The notes beneath the pieces were generated by a model. The model ran no database searches. It saw only the letters and a list, made by a program, of their open reading frames with translations, and was not told the origin of the DNA. The translations under genes were made by a program, and so were the position numbers. A stretch of DNA of 64,000 bases from positions 62,001 to 126,000 of the forward strand of contig CDROCS010003256.1 in assembly GCA_977020255.1 (NCBI GenBank), in the 5' to 3' direction. Positions 13,321 through 25,061 of this stretch are shown here, one piece after another. Source of the stretch: Obrimoposthia wandeli (Eukaryota). Every line of letters begins with the position of its first letter. The first letter of the stretch is position 1.

Positions 13321-13655
13321 ACACTCAAAAAAAACTAATTAACCCCATATAACACCCTTTAAAATTGAAAATCTCATAATGCTCCCAAAAAAGTGAGTAA
13401 GGTCCTGAGAGGCCGTCTAGTGGGCCAAAGCGTGCCCTCAGGGCCCGCGGTGGTTTGACGAGCAATACATATACAAGTTTATCCAATGACATACTCGCAT
13501 TCAAACGTAGTTAAAAATTGATAAAAACCTATAGATTTTTCAAATAAATTATTTGAATAACCCGCTTTCATTGTACGATAAAAGAGGGTTAGTCTGTTGT
13601 TTTTTGTATATAAGGAAACCTATTTTCATTATTTTTCATTAATCAAGAATCAAGA

Positions 13656-15770
13656 ATGCCAATTTTCAACAACGTCGATTTGGATGAAGAGATGGAGGTT
13701 CAACTATATGGGGATCTCTCTCCAGTACAGCAGCGAACGCCACCACCGGCGCAGTACATTGACTTACTTAGTCAAGACTCGTCGGTGGTGAGCGAAGGAG
13801 ACGAAGGAGAAGCAGCAGCAAGAGCCGAGCTGTTGCTAGAAGAACCACCATTGGCCAGCTCAACTCTGAGAGAAGAACCAATGAGCGTGAGAGGTGGGAT
13901 ACAGAGATCCCAATATATCGACCTGACTAGTCAGGATTTGATTGAGAATTGGGAAGACTGTACTCCCAGGCAAAACACAAAACCCACTCGTCCGGCAACT
14001 TCAGCAGTAGCAGCAAGGAGATCCAATCTCTTCGAGAATTTTGAGGCGGCAATCAAATGCCCCTGGAAATTGATCCCGCTGTCTCAGCTGGAGATAGTAC
14101 TCGCACCAGACTCAGATGAGGTGCTATTCACCGATGACGTACCGTCGGATGGGGAGGAGGACTTGACTCCATTCATCGACGAATGGATACAGCCAAGTAT
14201 CGGAGCCCCAAGAGCCAACGATTCGATGGTGGCAGAATTGGACGAGGACGAGTGGCGCCTGTTCACCGACGATTGGGATGGTCTCACTCCATCTGCAACT
14301 CCAACTCCGATAGCCGACAATACGGTGTCTGATTCGTTCAAAAGCCCGCAATCTTCGATACGTTCTGTTAGGAGAATAAAGGCGACGAATGAGGTTAGTC
14401 TATTAATTTATTTAAAATGTTTTTTCTTTTCATTTTTAGAAACTTCAACTGGATTTCACACATTCAGTGACCACGGTGGAGAGGCTGATTGAACCGCAGT
14501 ACTTGGCGATTCAATGTAGCCAGGATGATCCCAGGAGTGAGCAGCGATATCTACCGACTCCGGCTAAATTTGAGATAAATTATTATAAATTAGTTAATTA
14601 TTTTAATTATTCACATAGGAAGCCGAATTGGTGGAGGAAATTTGGAAGGGGGAAACTCTCAGACTACCCCTCGATAGGAAACAAGCGGCAGTTAAGAAAT
14701 CTCAACGCCATCGGGTCAAAGCCCACACGGTCTATCGGAAAAAGGCCAAGTTGGTGAAACAGGCTAACCTGCCCGTCATTGAGTTAAATTATTTATATTT
14801 TTAAATTTTATTGATGTTTTTTGTTGCAGGAACCAATACAATTAAATGAGGAGATATGGAGCAAAATTTATCCTTTCCCGCAGAAGCAAACGAGGCGGGC
14901 TGCTGTACGGAAGACGAGGCATCTTAGAAAGACGAAATCTTGTCTGCTCAAATCGAGCGAAGTAACGATAGAGCGGCAGGAAAAACTTCCGTATCAGATT
15001 ATTGAGGTAAATATTTATATATGTACATATTTTTTAAATAAGGGACTTTTATTAAAAAATTTATTAATGATTTCTTTTGCAGAAACCCGTCCGGATAATT
15101 GAGGAGACTTTGGGAGAAGTTACTCCTTTTTCCAAGAAACGGACGAAGCGAGCAGAGGTGTAGAAGAGGAGGCGCTCGAGAAAATGTAGCACCTCAATTC
15201 GCCATTCTTCTGAGGCGGTGATTGGACGACAGGAGTTTCTTCCATCTCCAGTGGACGACAGGCCAATTTTATACGAGAGGATCCCAGTCTCACCGATCGA
15301 GATTAGTCCGCCACCAAGTCAACGACGCCTGTAGGAGACATTACCGGCTTCTCCTCGTCCCACAACCAGCCAGAACTTGAAGAGGGCCTGGGATGAAGCT
15401 GGATTGGACGAATTCCTAGCGGAATTGGATACACCGGCAATGCTTCCAGATTCGCCAGCTTCAGCGTGAGAAGGAGGAGAAACAGAAGAAAGCTTCGCGA
15501 AAGAAGAAGGCTACTGCTTCTATGTCGGGGCCATCAACATCGGCTGCACCTCCTCCCAAAAAGTTACGGTAACTATTACCAAAACCTGAGGGAAGGACAA
15601 TTGCTACAAAACAACCGGTGAAGGCGAAATAAAACCGGGCCGGCCAAAGAAGAAGGAGCCAGTACCGCTTTCTCCAATAATACTTAGTCGGAGGGATTTC
15701 GATCCGGATGATCCCAATGATGACTTCGTAAAGATGTTTAAGAATATAATTTATAAAAATTAGTTTCTTG
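13656..15770 (+). pseudogene. Five-exon acidic/basic 'gene X' of copy A (SIM-like motifs, repeated basic modules, AT-hook-like GRP)
   Basis: Collinear with 37691-35588; two donors mutated (ataaat, ttaaat) and several nonsense changes (CAG>TAG, CAA>TAA). Confidence 0.8.
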
Positions 15771-16063
15771 TGTTTTCTTCTTAATATTTTTTTTTTTAAT
15801 TTTAAATTTTGAAATATTAAAATCATATCTTTAAGTTTATTAAATTATCAAGATGAAAAAATATATTTAATTTATTCGAATGTGATTGGATTAATAAGGA
15901 ATCATTTAGGTTTAAATATAAATGTAATGATTAGTTATAGATTTATTAAACTTTCATTTGGTACATTAAAAATATATCATTTAATTGCCTGTGATTGGAT
16001 TAAAAATACCTTAAATTTATATATATATAGGTTCAAAATTATTAACTTCTTCATAATTAAAAA

Positions 16064-16369
16064 ATGGAATTCATTAAATTGCAAAGCTTGGTAGCGAAGA
16101 TAGAAGCAAACATCAGAATAAATGAGAAGAAAGGGGACTTCAGAAAGAGGGTCCTCAATCAAAATTTGTATGCTGCTGTCGCGACCGAGTGGAATCGCCG
16201 GGTGGAGATACAAGAGAGGAGGCTAGCAGAATGACGTCGAATCGTGGAGTGGAATAAGAAGATCGAATTGGAAAAAAGGAAGGTGAATGAAAAAAGAAGA
16301 GAAGAGATGGAGGATGTTCGGCGAGCAGCAAGAAAGAGAATCCTCCAGATTAAACCGGAAGAAAATTAA
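16064..16369 (+). pseudogene. Charged coiled-coil ORF, copy A
   Basis: Homologous to 34854-35183; CGA>TGA stop at 16232-16234. Confidence 0.85.
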
Positions 16370-16703
16370 TTTTTTGATTATTATTTTTTCTTTGTCCTTT
16401 ATTGATTATATATAGTGTTACATAATTGTTTAAATATTTTACATAATTGTCTAAATATTTTACATAAGCATACTAAATATAAACAATTTTATATATAATG
16501 TTTTTGTAAAATGGAAAATAAATTATACATAAAATTATCTGCAGATTTAATGAAGATTATAAAAAAAATTACTTTTCAAAAAATTATACTGAGGAAATTG
16601 TTGGAGATAAATTATGTAATTTAATTTCGAAATATTTAGGTATGTTTACATTTAATATAATTTATTTTAATATTCATAGGAGAATTGACAATATATACCA
16701 ATC

Positions 16704-17321
16704 TTAACATGAAAGACTGAATCCTGAGTACTTTGTTATTTTAATAAATTTTTTATTAATGATTTTTTTCATCATTTTCAAACGAAGATGTACATTAACA
16801 CCGGGAATTAAATATTTCGGTTGTTCAAAGAAATTCAATCTCAAAGACCCACACATTTCGTAAGCTTTAGAACCTGCAATCCATTCTTTGCGAGTTACGA
16901 CCGTTTTATCATAACCAATGGTTGCCAAATTAGTATTTTGAGTATCAGTACTATAATTCAAAAGACTTTCAATCAAAGCTTTATGAGGATAGGAAGAATT
17001 TCCACCTTCAATTTTGACATTATTAAGAGTAACAATGGTATCATTAAATAAAGAATTAAAGAGATAATTTACAGGTGTTACATCGGCATTTTACTCTAAA
17101 TTAGTACCATCACGATTTAATACTTTTATTTGAACATAAAGCAAAGTATCATTCAAATCTAAATACTCGCTATTGGAACCATTAATATTAAATTCTAAAT
17201 CGGTTAAAGTGGTTCCTGAAACTGAGTTAACTAGAAATATTTCTTCAAAGGAAGCATTATCTACAACTACTTGTGGAAGTGGTTTATCAAAAATACACAA
17301 TTCGGTCTTGGCGCAACTCAT
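16704..17321 (-). pseudogene. Major capsid protein N-terminal half, truncated
   Basis: Nearly identical to residues 1-~180 of the MCP at 27670; internal TAA at ~17092; homology is lost near 16770. Confidence 0.95.
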
Positions 17322-17348
17322 TTTGCAAATATTGTTCCTTCAACGTTC

Positions 17349-17695
17349 TTACGTTTGTTTATATTGATTTTTTGCTTCTTTTTACGTTTAAATCCACTAC
17401 GTCCTTGACTTTTATTTGATTTACGTTTTCTAATCAAATTAGCAACTTCAGGTAAAACATTATCAAGTTCATCAAGTGCATGCTTCTTAAAAGTTGGTAT
17501 TAGTTTATTATCCTTAGATGAAAGGTAATTTTTTCCTAATTTTGATATAAATCGCCCGAATCTCTTTAAAAGAGGAAAGACAAATCTACCTAATGTTCTA
17601 AGCCAGCCAGATCCATATTGTTTCCCAACAAAATATGGTAATTATCCACCTTGTTGACTTTGACTATAAGCCTCAATTATTGCTGGATTCGTCAT
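17349..17695 (-). pseudogene. Maverick small basic core-type protein (QxGG / QYGSG motifs), copy A
   Basis: MTNPAIIEAYSQSQQGG*LPYFVGKQYGSGWLRTLGRFVFPLLKR..., located between penton and MCP. Confidence 0.75.
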
Positions 17696-18400
17696 TTTGT
17701 TTTCTTAAATGTATTGTTAAACTTGTCTTGGCCCCGTACGTGAAATCTATTAGTTGTCCGGAATCATCTCTAATATTTACTTCAATATTGTTTATAGAAA
17801 ACAGAGCTACTGGAAGATACATTGGTTGATCTATACACATACCGACAACGTCCCCATCTTTAGTTTCATTTTGAGAAATCCATATTGTTCTCAAAAGGGG
17901 AACTCGTTGTCCTCCTACAAGCGTTGATTCTATTAAATTAGTATAAATATATAAATGATTAACAACATTTAAAAGTTTTGTATTATTTTTAGCTTTTATG
18001 GTTTTTATTGTATGGGTTTCAAAGGTATTTCTGTTTAAACCAAGGTTTTTAGTGAGTTTATCATCAAATGAAACCCGTTTTATGTTGCTCTTTACCGTAA
18101 ACGTTAATTTATCATTTAATGTTACACATTTATCCAAATATTCACTACATTCTTTCAGTATTAATTTACATAAATCCACTTCACTATCTATTTTATAATC
18201 TTTTGAAAACGTTTTCAGTTCCACTACAGTCTTTGGTCTCGTTTCATATAAAAACACTTTTGCTACTCTACCAGGAACATTTCTAACCGATTTAGATGAG
18301 ACAATATTCCGTCTATTACGAGTTACTGTTTGTTCACTATCAAAACTGAATTGCAGAGCTTCTTTTTTATATTCAAAGTTAATTTTAATAACTTGAAGAT
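17673..18400 (-). pseudogene. Minor capsid (penton) protein lacking its N-terminus
   Basis: C-terminal HLYIYTNLIESTLVGGQRVPLLRTI..MYLPV..INNIEVNIRDDSGQLIDF..TIHLRK is typical of Polinton pentons; frame stays open upstream to ~18410, where it joins the ATPase by deletion. Confidence 0.85.
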
Positions 18401-18403
18401 ATT

Positions 18404-18916
18404 TTAATCGATTTTTAAATCTGACTTTGTTATTTTTGCCTGTATTATATTTGCCTGTATGGCCACGAAATCTAAAATTGTTTGATCTCTAGGATTTTTA
18501 AATAAAATTAAGTAATGTACATTAAGATTTCTTGTTCTATGGTGACTTCCTTGGCGAAAATGATTTTGAGTGATAAATATAACTGTTACTTCACGATGTC
18601 TTGCAATCTTCGCAAATAACTTATTAAAGTCCGATTCCATGTTAGCTTCCTGATACAAATCATCAATTATTATTAAATCTTCTTTTTTCAATCTTTCACA
18701 CCAATTTGCATCAAATCCTTCAATAAATTGTATTCCCTTCAACTTGCAAACTTCTGTTTTTGTTAATCCGCTTTTCCCTCCACCATGATGCCAATAAATA
18801 TTTTTGAAACTAGATTTGAAAAGAGATTCATTTTGCAACAATTTACATACGAAATGTGTCTTTCCACTTCCACTGGGACCAACTATTTCAAATACAGCAT
18901 TATTATTTAGCTCCAT
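18404..18916 (-). pseudogene. FtsK/HerA (A32-like) packaging ATPase, C-terminally truncated
   Basis: Walker A GPSGSGKT, Walker B IIIDD, ARHR and ITQN motifs; diverges from the B copy after residue ~153. Confidence 0.92.
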
Positions 18917-18953
18917 TACATATACTCTTTCATTTTTAATATTGTTTATATTA

Positions 18954-19235
18954 TCATAGAAGTTTCCTTATTGAAATGTACAATGTTAGATCTATTGTAG
19001 ATGAAATACAAAAATTAATTAATGAATATTTGGCTATAATTTTATTTATTTGTGTACGATTTCTAAATTCTCGAATAACGTGTGATCTAACCAATATTTC
19101 AATGTTATCTCTTGTTATATCATTATTTTTTAATTCTGATAAAATTTCTTTACCCCTAATTTTTCCAGAAAATATTTCGTCTGCAAGACGATTCACTTCA
19201 TTGTCTCTATTTATAGTATTATTCATTTGAAACAA
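18954..19235 (-). CDS. Conserved 93-aa Maverick protein of unknown function
   Basis: Open and nearly identical in copies A, B (24743-25024) and D (11391-11672); relic in copy C. Confidence 0.75.
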   Translation of the reverse strand: MFQMNNTINRDNEVNRLADEIFSGKIRGKEILSELKNNDITRDNIEILVRSHVIREFRNRTQINKIIAKYSLINFCISSTIDLTLYISIRKLL

Positions 19236-19254
19236 TAAGTTTAAACGGGTTTGT

Positions 19255-19755
19255 TTATAGAAAAGATAACAAGATGTAATAAGATTTATTTTCTAAAATC
19301 AAATCAACAATGTCTGGATAATCAAAATTTTTCAATCCCAATATCATAACTTTACCACTGGAAAATATATTTACACATAGCGGTTTAAACTTCAAATAAC
19401 TGAGAGCAGGAAAAATTTTTGGTTCAAACATGCATTCTTCTTTCAATTTCTCTGCAGTTTTAAAAAAAATTATCTGTTTCCCAAGAATAGCCGAAATCGT
19501 GATTGATTGTATTGCAGTGATTCGAATTCCAAATGGTAAATTGAACCCAAGCATTGGTATTTTGCATCCCATAACACGACAATTTCCTAAAAGAATTCAA
19601 TATGAAAATAAAATAAAAAACTAACCTGTAGGAAAAATAACAACTGTGAATTTGTCAAACTTTTCCACATATTGTCTCGGCTTCCATTCATTGAATGGTA
19701 AGTACGAAACATCATCTTCTGTTCTACCTTTATAATTTATATTTACGAGTTTCAT
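19255..19755 (-). CDS. Spliced TATA-binding-protein homologue, 153 aa (exons 19755-19626 and 19586-19255; 39-nt intron)
   Basis: Spliced product has both TBP repeats: MKLVNINY..KPRQY..VVIFPTGNCRVMGCK and IQSITISA..FEPKIFPALSY..VNIFSSGKVMILGLK, compared with TBP YEPELFPGLIY..LIFVSGKIVITGAK. Confidence 0.88.
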
Positions 19756-20004
19756 TAGACTAAAATTGTATTCTATAAAATCTTCTTTATATATTTCTGA
19801 ACCTGCTTTTCTATTGCACGTTTCTTGTAATTATCTTGCAAACCTATTATAATTGGATGATATATTTCTTCCAATCAAATTTGATTTTTAATATGGATTT
19901 AGTCCAATCAAATTCAATGCTTTAGTTATATTAACCAATGAGATTCATGTCTTTGTTAAAAATTATAATAAAAGAATGCGCCATTGGAGGATAAATTACA
20001 GTAA

Positions 20005-20486
20005 ATGTATTCATATCAAAGACAAGTATCAATGATGAACGATAGCCAACAGATATTAAGCGGTGATGAAGATTTAGAAATTTTTGAAGAATCGGATAAA
20101 GATATGTATGAAGAAGTGAAGCACTATTTCAAATACAAAATCAGATTCTTGAAGACGGCTCAACTGATTGCTTTAATAAATCCTGTGACAATTGAAAGAG
20201 GAAAGTTCAGTAATTATCTATCAAATATTCAAAAAACAGATTTTCAATATCTTAAAGAAAAAGTTAAAACGGCAGTTCCAAATATTACTTTCAATAAGAT
20301 CGAATTTTATATCCGAGGAGCCGATGCAGCATTTCTAGATGACTATGGAAGAGAAATAGATGTTGATGCGTTTCAAAAAAGAAGCAATGGACTGTAACAA
20401 TTCAACTTTATGGTTACAAGAAAGATGAAATTGGAATAAAGTTACTTATGTGGAAAATTGAACGTGCTCATATCCCTATGTTTTAA
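20005..20486 (+). pseudogene. Putative SSB paralogue 1, copy A (frameshifted)
   Basis: Homologous to 23495-23971; indel in an A-run near 20375. Confidence 0.75.
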
Positions 20487-20654
20487 CTATTTCATTTTCT
20501 TTCATTTTGCATGTTATAAATTGTAATCGGTTTTATTCATTTTTACTATGTTTCTTTCATTTGGCAATTAATAATCAGTTTTATTTTTCATAATATTTGT
20601 ATCTTAAATGTATTTTTTGATAAATATGTTTTTAATCAGTTTCCCTATTTTAGA

Positions 20655-21065
20655 ATGGATCCTCTTCTGAGATATGTAGGAAATTTTTTTTATTCAGAAA
20701 GAATTTCAAAAGGAAAACCATGTAATATATTAAAGAGGCATCAAATTATACGAGTTATGAATCCTGTGAAAATATCTAAATTAGAGAATAAATATCTCAT
20801 CGAAATTTTAACCACATTTGATATTGATCAATTGAAATATATTTTGGGATTTTACATTCCTGATTATGTATATGAAGTAAATTATTTCCAGCTTGAAACT
20901 GATCCCAGTCTGACTTTTAAAGATGATCTAGGATATTTGATTGCTCCAATTCTAGATGAAAAACTATGGAATATCTCAATACGTCTCAATGGATATTTTG
21001 CTGATGACGGGAAAATGCTGCTTCTATGGACTTTGAGTGAAGCCAATATGGTGTTTTATGTTTAA
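20655..21065 (+). CDS. Putative OB-fold single-stranded DNA-binding protein, paralogue 2 (136 aa)
   Basis: Intact ORF, paralogous to 23495-23971 (NPVxI, DxxxLK, FxDDxG, WxxxIRLxGY..LW). SSB function is inferred from the C-terminal beta-strand pattern only. Confidence 0.6.
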   Translation: MDPLLRYVGNFFYSERISKGKPCNILKRHQIIRVMNPVKISKLENKYLIEILTTFDIDQLKYILGFYIPDYVYEVNYFQLETDPSLTFKDDLGYLIAPILDEKLWNISIRLNGYFADDGKMLLLWTLSEANMVFYV

Positions 21066-21540
21066 TAAATGTTTTGAAAATAATTTTGACTCGTATTTTG
21101 TTTTTCTCTTCTAAATTATATAGATCTATTTTTTCTCTTATAAATCTGACCTAGATATTTAACAAAATCAAGTAGTAATTTATTAATCTTTCTTAAAAAT
21201 AGTAGTCATATATTCACATATTATTTGAAATCTCGTCTGTGATAAGCTGCCGGGACCAATATGGATTCCTGTGGTCTTCTCTAATTACTTTAACATGTTT
21301 TTTATGTTTGATTTAATAAATGTTTTGAAAATAATTTTGAGTCGTATTTTTTTCTTTTCCTTTAAATCTGACCTAAACGTATTTTTTCCTATAAATTATA
21401 TAATTCTTACCTACTTTTTTCTCTCATAAATTATTAATCTAAAATCTTTCTTAAAAATAGTATTAATATATTCACATAAACATATTATTTAAAATCTTGT
21501 CTGCGATAGGCCGCCGGGGTCAAAATTGATTATCGTGGTG
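21060..21540 (+). repeat. ~250-bp imperfect tandem duplication downstream of SSB paralogue 2
   Basis: tttaataaatgttttgaaaataattttga begins at ~21060 and ~21311; both units end with similar gata(a/g)gc(t/c)gccggg motifs. Confidence 0.75.
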
Positions 21541-22540
21541 ATAAAACATAAATAACCAGGAAACGTATCCTGACATAATAATTATCATTTTAGATAAGTA
21601 TTGAAAAGAATAATAAAGCCTTGCAGAAAATGTAATAAGTTAAAAAAGAAGGTTCGAGATGTATACAAATAGCGAGACAATTACTATATAAAAGTACCAA
21701 ACAAAACGAAGTTTTGAAACAAATAATTAAACAAAGTGTTGACAAATGAGTTGACAATTGATGAGTTAAAATTGAAATTATTTCAGAATTTTGATTACAC
21801 AGACTATTTGATTCGACAAATACAGGACTGAAAATCGGTTATGACTTCACTTCGAAGATAAATAATGATACTTGGTAACATGATCAACTCTTACACGACC
21901 ATATACCCTGCTATGGATGATAATTTTATACTTGTTAATGAACATAACTCTGACAGAGACATCAGTGAACAAAATCCTGGTTAAAAATTTAATCAGTCAT
22001 AGTTGACTTTTATAAATCATCATATTAATAATTCTCATTTTTAGCATGACCGATTTAATCATTTGATTTTTATTTAATCTTTTCTTTTAAACAAATATTA
22101 AATGTACTATAAACAAACAGATGGATATCAATAAACTGGATATGACTCCAGATCAGAGGGAACTCACTCGGTCAGATCAAATCACAACATCAGTTAAAAT
22201 AAATAGAGAACATCGTAAAATATACCTGAAAGAACAGCATTGGCAAGATTTCTATATTGAAGAATGCGCCAATTTAGTATAGCATTTTTCAAAAATGGTA
22301 GTGGACGAAAAATATTTATAAATCAGACGTTTATCCCAAAAAAAATTGAAAATCACAAAAGAAGAGCGAACCAGCGTATTAATTATGAATAATAACAATA
22401 AGCCAACTCAAATCGCCTTAGGTGAAATTTTCAAAAATAATGATTGTGAAAAAATGGAGATTCATGTAGCGTTAGGAAAAGTCCATTTGAACACTAAATC
22501 AGATAAAACATTGAACTTTCAAATGATAAAAAATCACACA

Positions 22541-22650
22541 AGAAGTGGATGTGTCCGGTCTAATCCACACCCCCTCCCCCCCTTGTCCTTTAAAACTGTG
22601 TAGGTGTGTGGAGTGAAATTTCGTGTAGGTGTGTGGAGTGAAATTTCGTG
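22541..22650 (+). repeat. TIR of copy B (terminal bases degenerate)
   Basis: gtggatgtgtccggtctaatccacaccccctcccccc..tgtcctttaaaac..gtgtgtggagtgaaattt is the reverse complement of the 38345-38452 end. Confidence 0.9.
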
Positions 22651-22956
22651 TATGTGTGTCTCCATTCCACCCAAAGGGGGGAAGGAAGGGGTACCCCCCA
22701 TATTTGTTAAACTTTTACCATGAATCTCAAAAGTGGTTAGAGAAGACCACGAGAATCCATATTGACCCCGACGGCTTTTCGCAGACGAGATTTCAAATAT
22801 TACTACTATTTTTAAGAAAGATTTTAGATTAATAAATTACTACATGTTAAATATCTATGTCAGTTTTAGAATTTAGAGGAGAAAAATCGGTCAGATCTAT
22901 ATAATTTAGAGGAGCAAAAACAAAATACGAGACAAAATTATTTTTCAAAATATTTA

Positions 22957-23361
22957 TTAAACATAAAACAACATATTGGCTTCACTCAAAGTCCAGAGAG
23001 GCTGCATTTTCCCGTCATCAGCAAAATATCCATTCAGACGTATTGAGATATTTCATAGTTCTTCATCTAGAATTGGAGCAATCAAATATCCTAGATCATC
23101 TTTAAAATCCAGACTGGGATCAGTTTCAAGCTCGAAACAATTTCCTTCATATACATAATCAGGAATGTAAAATCCCAAAATATTTTTCAGTTGATCAAAA
23201 TCAGTTGTTGTTAAAATTTCGATGAGATATTTATTCTCCACTTTTGATATTTTCACAGGATTTATAATTCGTATAATTTGATGCCTCTTTAATATATTAC
23301 ATAGTTTTCCTTTTGAAATTCTTTCTGGATAATAAAAATTTGCTACACATCTCTTATCCAT
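22957..23361 (-). pseudogene. Putative SSB paralogue 2, copy B (TGG>TGA stop at ~23053)
   Basis: Aligns along its length with the intact ORF 20655-21065. Confidence 0.8.
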
Positions 23362-23494
23362 TCTAAAATAAGGAAACTGATTAAAAACAATGTTTATAAA
23401 AAATACACATAAGATACAAATAAGATACAAATAAAACTGATTATTAAATGAAAGAAACATAGTAAAACCGATTACAATTTATTACACACAATAG

Positions 23495-23971
23495 TTAAAA
23501 CATAGAAATATGAGCACGTTCAATTTTCCACATAGGCAACTTTGTTCCCATTTCATCTTTCTTGTAACCATAAAGTCGAATTGTTACAGTCCATTGCTTC
23601 TTTTTCGGAAACGCATCAATATCAACATATCTTCCATAGTCATCTAGAAATGCTTCATCGGCTCCTCGGATATAAAATTCGTTCTTATTGAAAGTAAAAT
23701 TCGGAACTGCCTTTTCTATTTTCTGTTTAAGATATTGAAAATCAAGTTTTTGAATACCTGATAGATAGTAGCTGAACTTTCTTCTTTCAATTGTCACAGG
23801 ATTTACTAAAGCAATCAGTTGAGCCTTCTTCAAGAATCTGACTTTGTATTTGAAATATTGTTTCACTTCTTCATACATATCCTTATCCGATTCTTCAAAC
23901 ATTTCTTCGTCATCGCTTAATACCCGTTGGATATCATCCATTGTTGATAATTGTCTTTGATATGAATGCAT
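23495..23971 (-). CDS. Putative OB-fold SSB, paralogue 1 (158 aa)
   Basis: Intact ORF with acidic N-terminus and C-terminal WTVTIRLYGYKKDEMGTKLPMWKIERA; function inferred. Confidence 0.6.
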   Translation of the reverse strand: MHSYQRQLSTMDDIQRVLSDDEEMFEESDKDMYEEVKQYFKYKVRFLKKAQLIALVNPVTIERRKFSYYLSGIQKLDFQYLKQKIEKAVPNFTFNKNEFYIRGADEAFLDDYGRYVDIDAFPKKKQWTVTIRLYGYKKDEMGTKLPMWKIERAHISMF

Positions 23972-23984
23972 TTACTGTGATTTG

Positions 23985-24220
23985 TCCTCCAATGGCGCAA
24001 TCTTTTATACTAATTTCTAACAAAGACATGAATCTCATTGGTTAATATAACTAAAGCATTGGATTTGATTGGACTAAATCTATATTAAAAATCAAAATTG
24101 ATTGGAAGAAATATATCATCCAATTATAATAGGTTTGCAAGATAATTACAAGAAACGTGCAATAAAAAAGCAGGTTCAGACATATATAAAGAAGATTTTA
24201 CAGAATACAATTTCAGTCTA
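23985..24220. promoter_or_regulatory. Divergent promoter between SSB1 and TBP with six CCAAT boxes and a TATA-like element
   Basis: CCAAT/ATTGG at 23989, 24037, 24058, 24068, 24101 and 24120; tatataaa at ~24183; region conserved in copies A and C. Confidence 0.6.
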
Positions 24221-24759
24221 ATGAAATTCGTAAATATAAATTATAAAGGTAGAACAGAAGATGATGTTTCGTACTTACCATTCAATGAATGGAAGCCGAG
24301 ACAATATGTAGAAAAGTTTGACAATTTCACAGTTGTTATTTTTCCTACAGGTTAGTTTTTTATTTTATTTTTATATTGAATTCTTTAGGAAATTGTCGTG
24401 TTATGGGATGCAAAATACCAATGCTTGGGTTCAATTTACCATTTGGAATTCAAATCACTGCAATACAATCAATCACGATTTCGGCTAATCTCGGGAAACA
24501 GATAAATCTTTTTAAAACTGCAGAGAAAATGAAAGAAGAATGCATGTTTGAACCAGAAATTTTTCCTGTTCTCAGTTATTTGAAGTTTAAACCGCTATGT
24601 GTAAATATATTTTCCAGTGGTAAAGTTATGATATTGGGATTGAAAAATTTTGATTATCCAGACATAGTTGATTTGATTTTAGAAAATATATCTTATTACA
24701 TCTTGTTATCTTTTTTCTATAAACAAACCCCGTTTAAACTTATTGTTTCAAATGAATAA
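24221..24759 (+). CDS. Spliced TATA-binding-protein homologue, 166 aa (exons 24221-24350 and 24389-24759; 38-nt intron)
   Basis: GT-AG intron restores a two-repeat TBP; FEPEIFPVLSYLKFKPLCVNIFSSGKVMILGLK matches TBP repeat 2. The C-terminus is 13 aa longer than copy A because of 2 extra T in a T-run. Confidence 0.88.
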
Positions 24760-25024
24760 TACTATAAATAGAGACAATGAAGTGGATCGGCTTGCCAATG
24801 AAATATTTTCTGAAAAAATTAGGGGTAAAGAAATTTTATCAGAATTAAAAAATAATGATATAACAAGAGATAACATTGAAATATTGGTTAGATCACACGT
24901 TATTCGAGAATTTAGAAATCGTACACAAATAAATAAAATTATAGCCAAATATTCATTAATTAATTTTTGTATTTTATCTACAATAGCTCTAACATTGTAC
25001 ATTTCAATAAGGAAACTTCTATGA
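24743..25024 (+). CDS. Conserved 93-aa Maverick protein of unknown function
   Basis: Open in three copies. Confidence 0.75.
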   Translation: MFQMNNTINRDNEVDRLANEIFSEKIRGKEILSELKNNDITRDNIEILVRSHVIREFRNRTQINKIIAKYSLINFCILSTIALTLYISIRKLL

Positions 25025-25061
25025 TAATATAAACAATATTAAAAATGAAAGAGTATATGCA

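Larger units (their letters stand above)
13217..21540 (+). mobile_element. Maverick copy A: internally deleted, inverted sister of copy B; second TIR not found
   Basis: Begins with TIR agtaggtggatgtgttcggtctaatccacaccc at 13217. Gene order mirrors B, but the DEDD, Zn-finger, PolB, protease, MCP C-terminus, small basic ORF and integrase genes are missing. Confidence 0.92.

Noticed and set aside
23040-23070. TGA read as Trp (alternative genetic code)
   Set aside because: Other lesions are TAA/TAG or CGA>TGA, TGG is used normally, and TGA ends real genes.
11413-25002. 84-aa ORFs (11413-11667, 18976-19230, 24748-25002) and similar antisense ORFs over MCP, penton and gene X
   Set aside because: They are shadows of conserved genes on the opposite strand.
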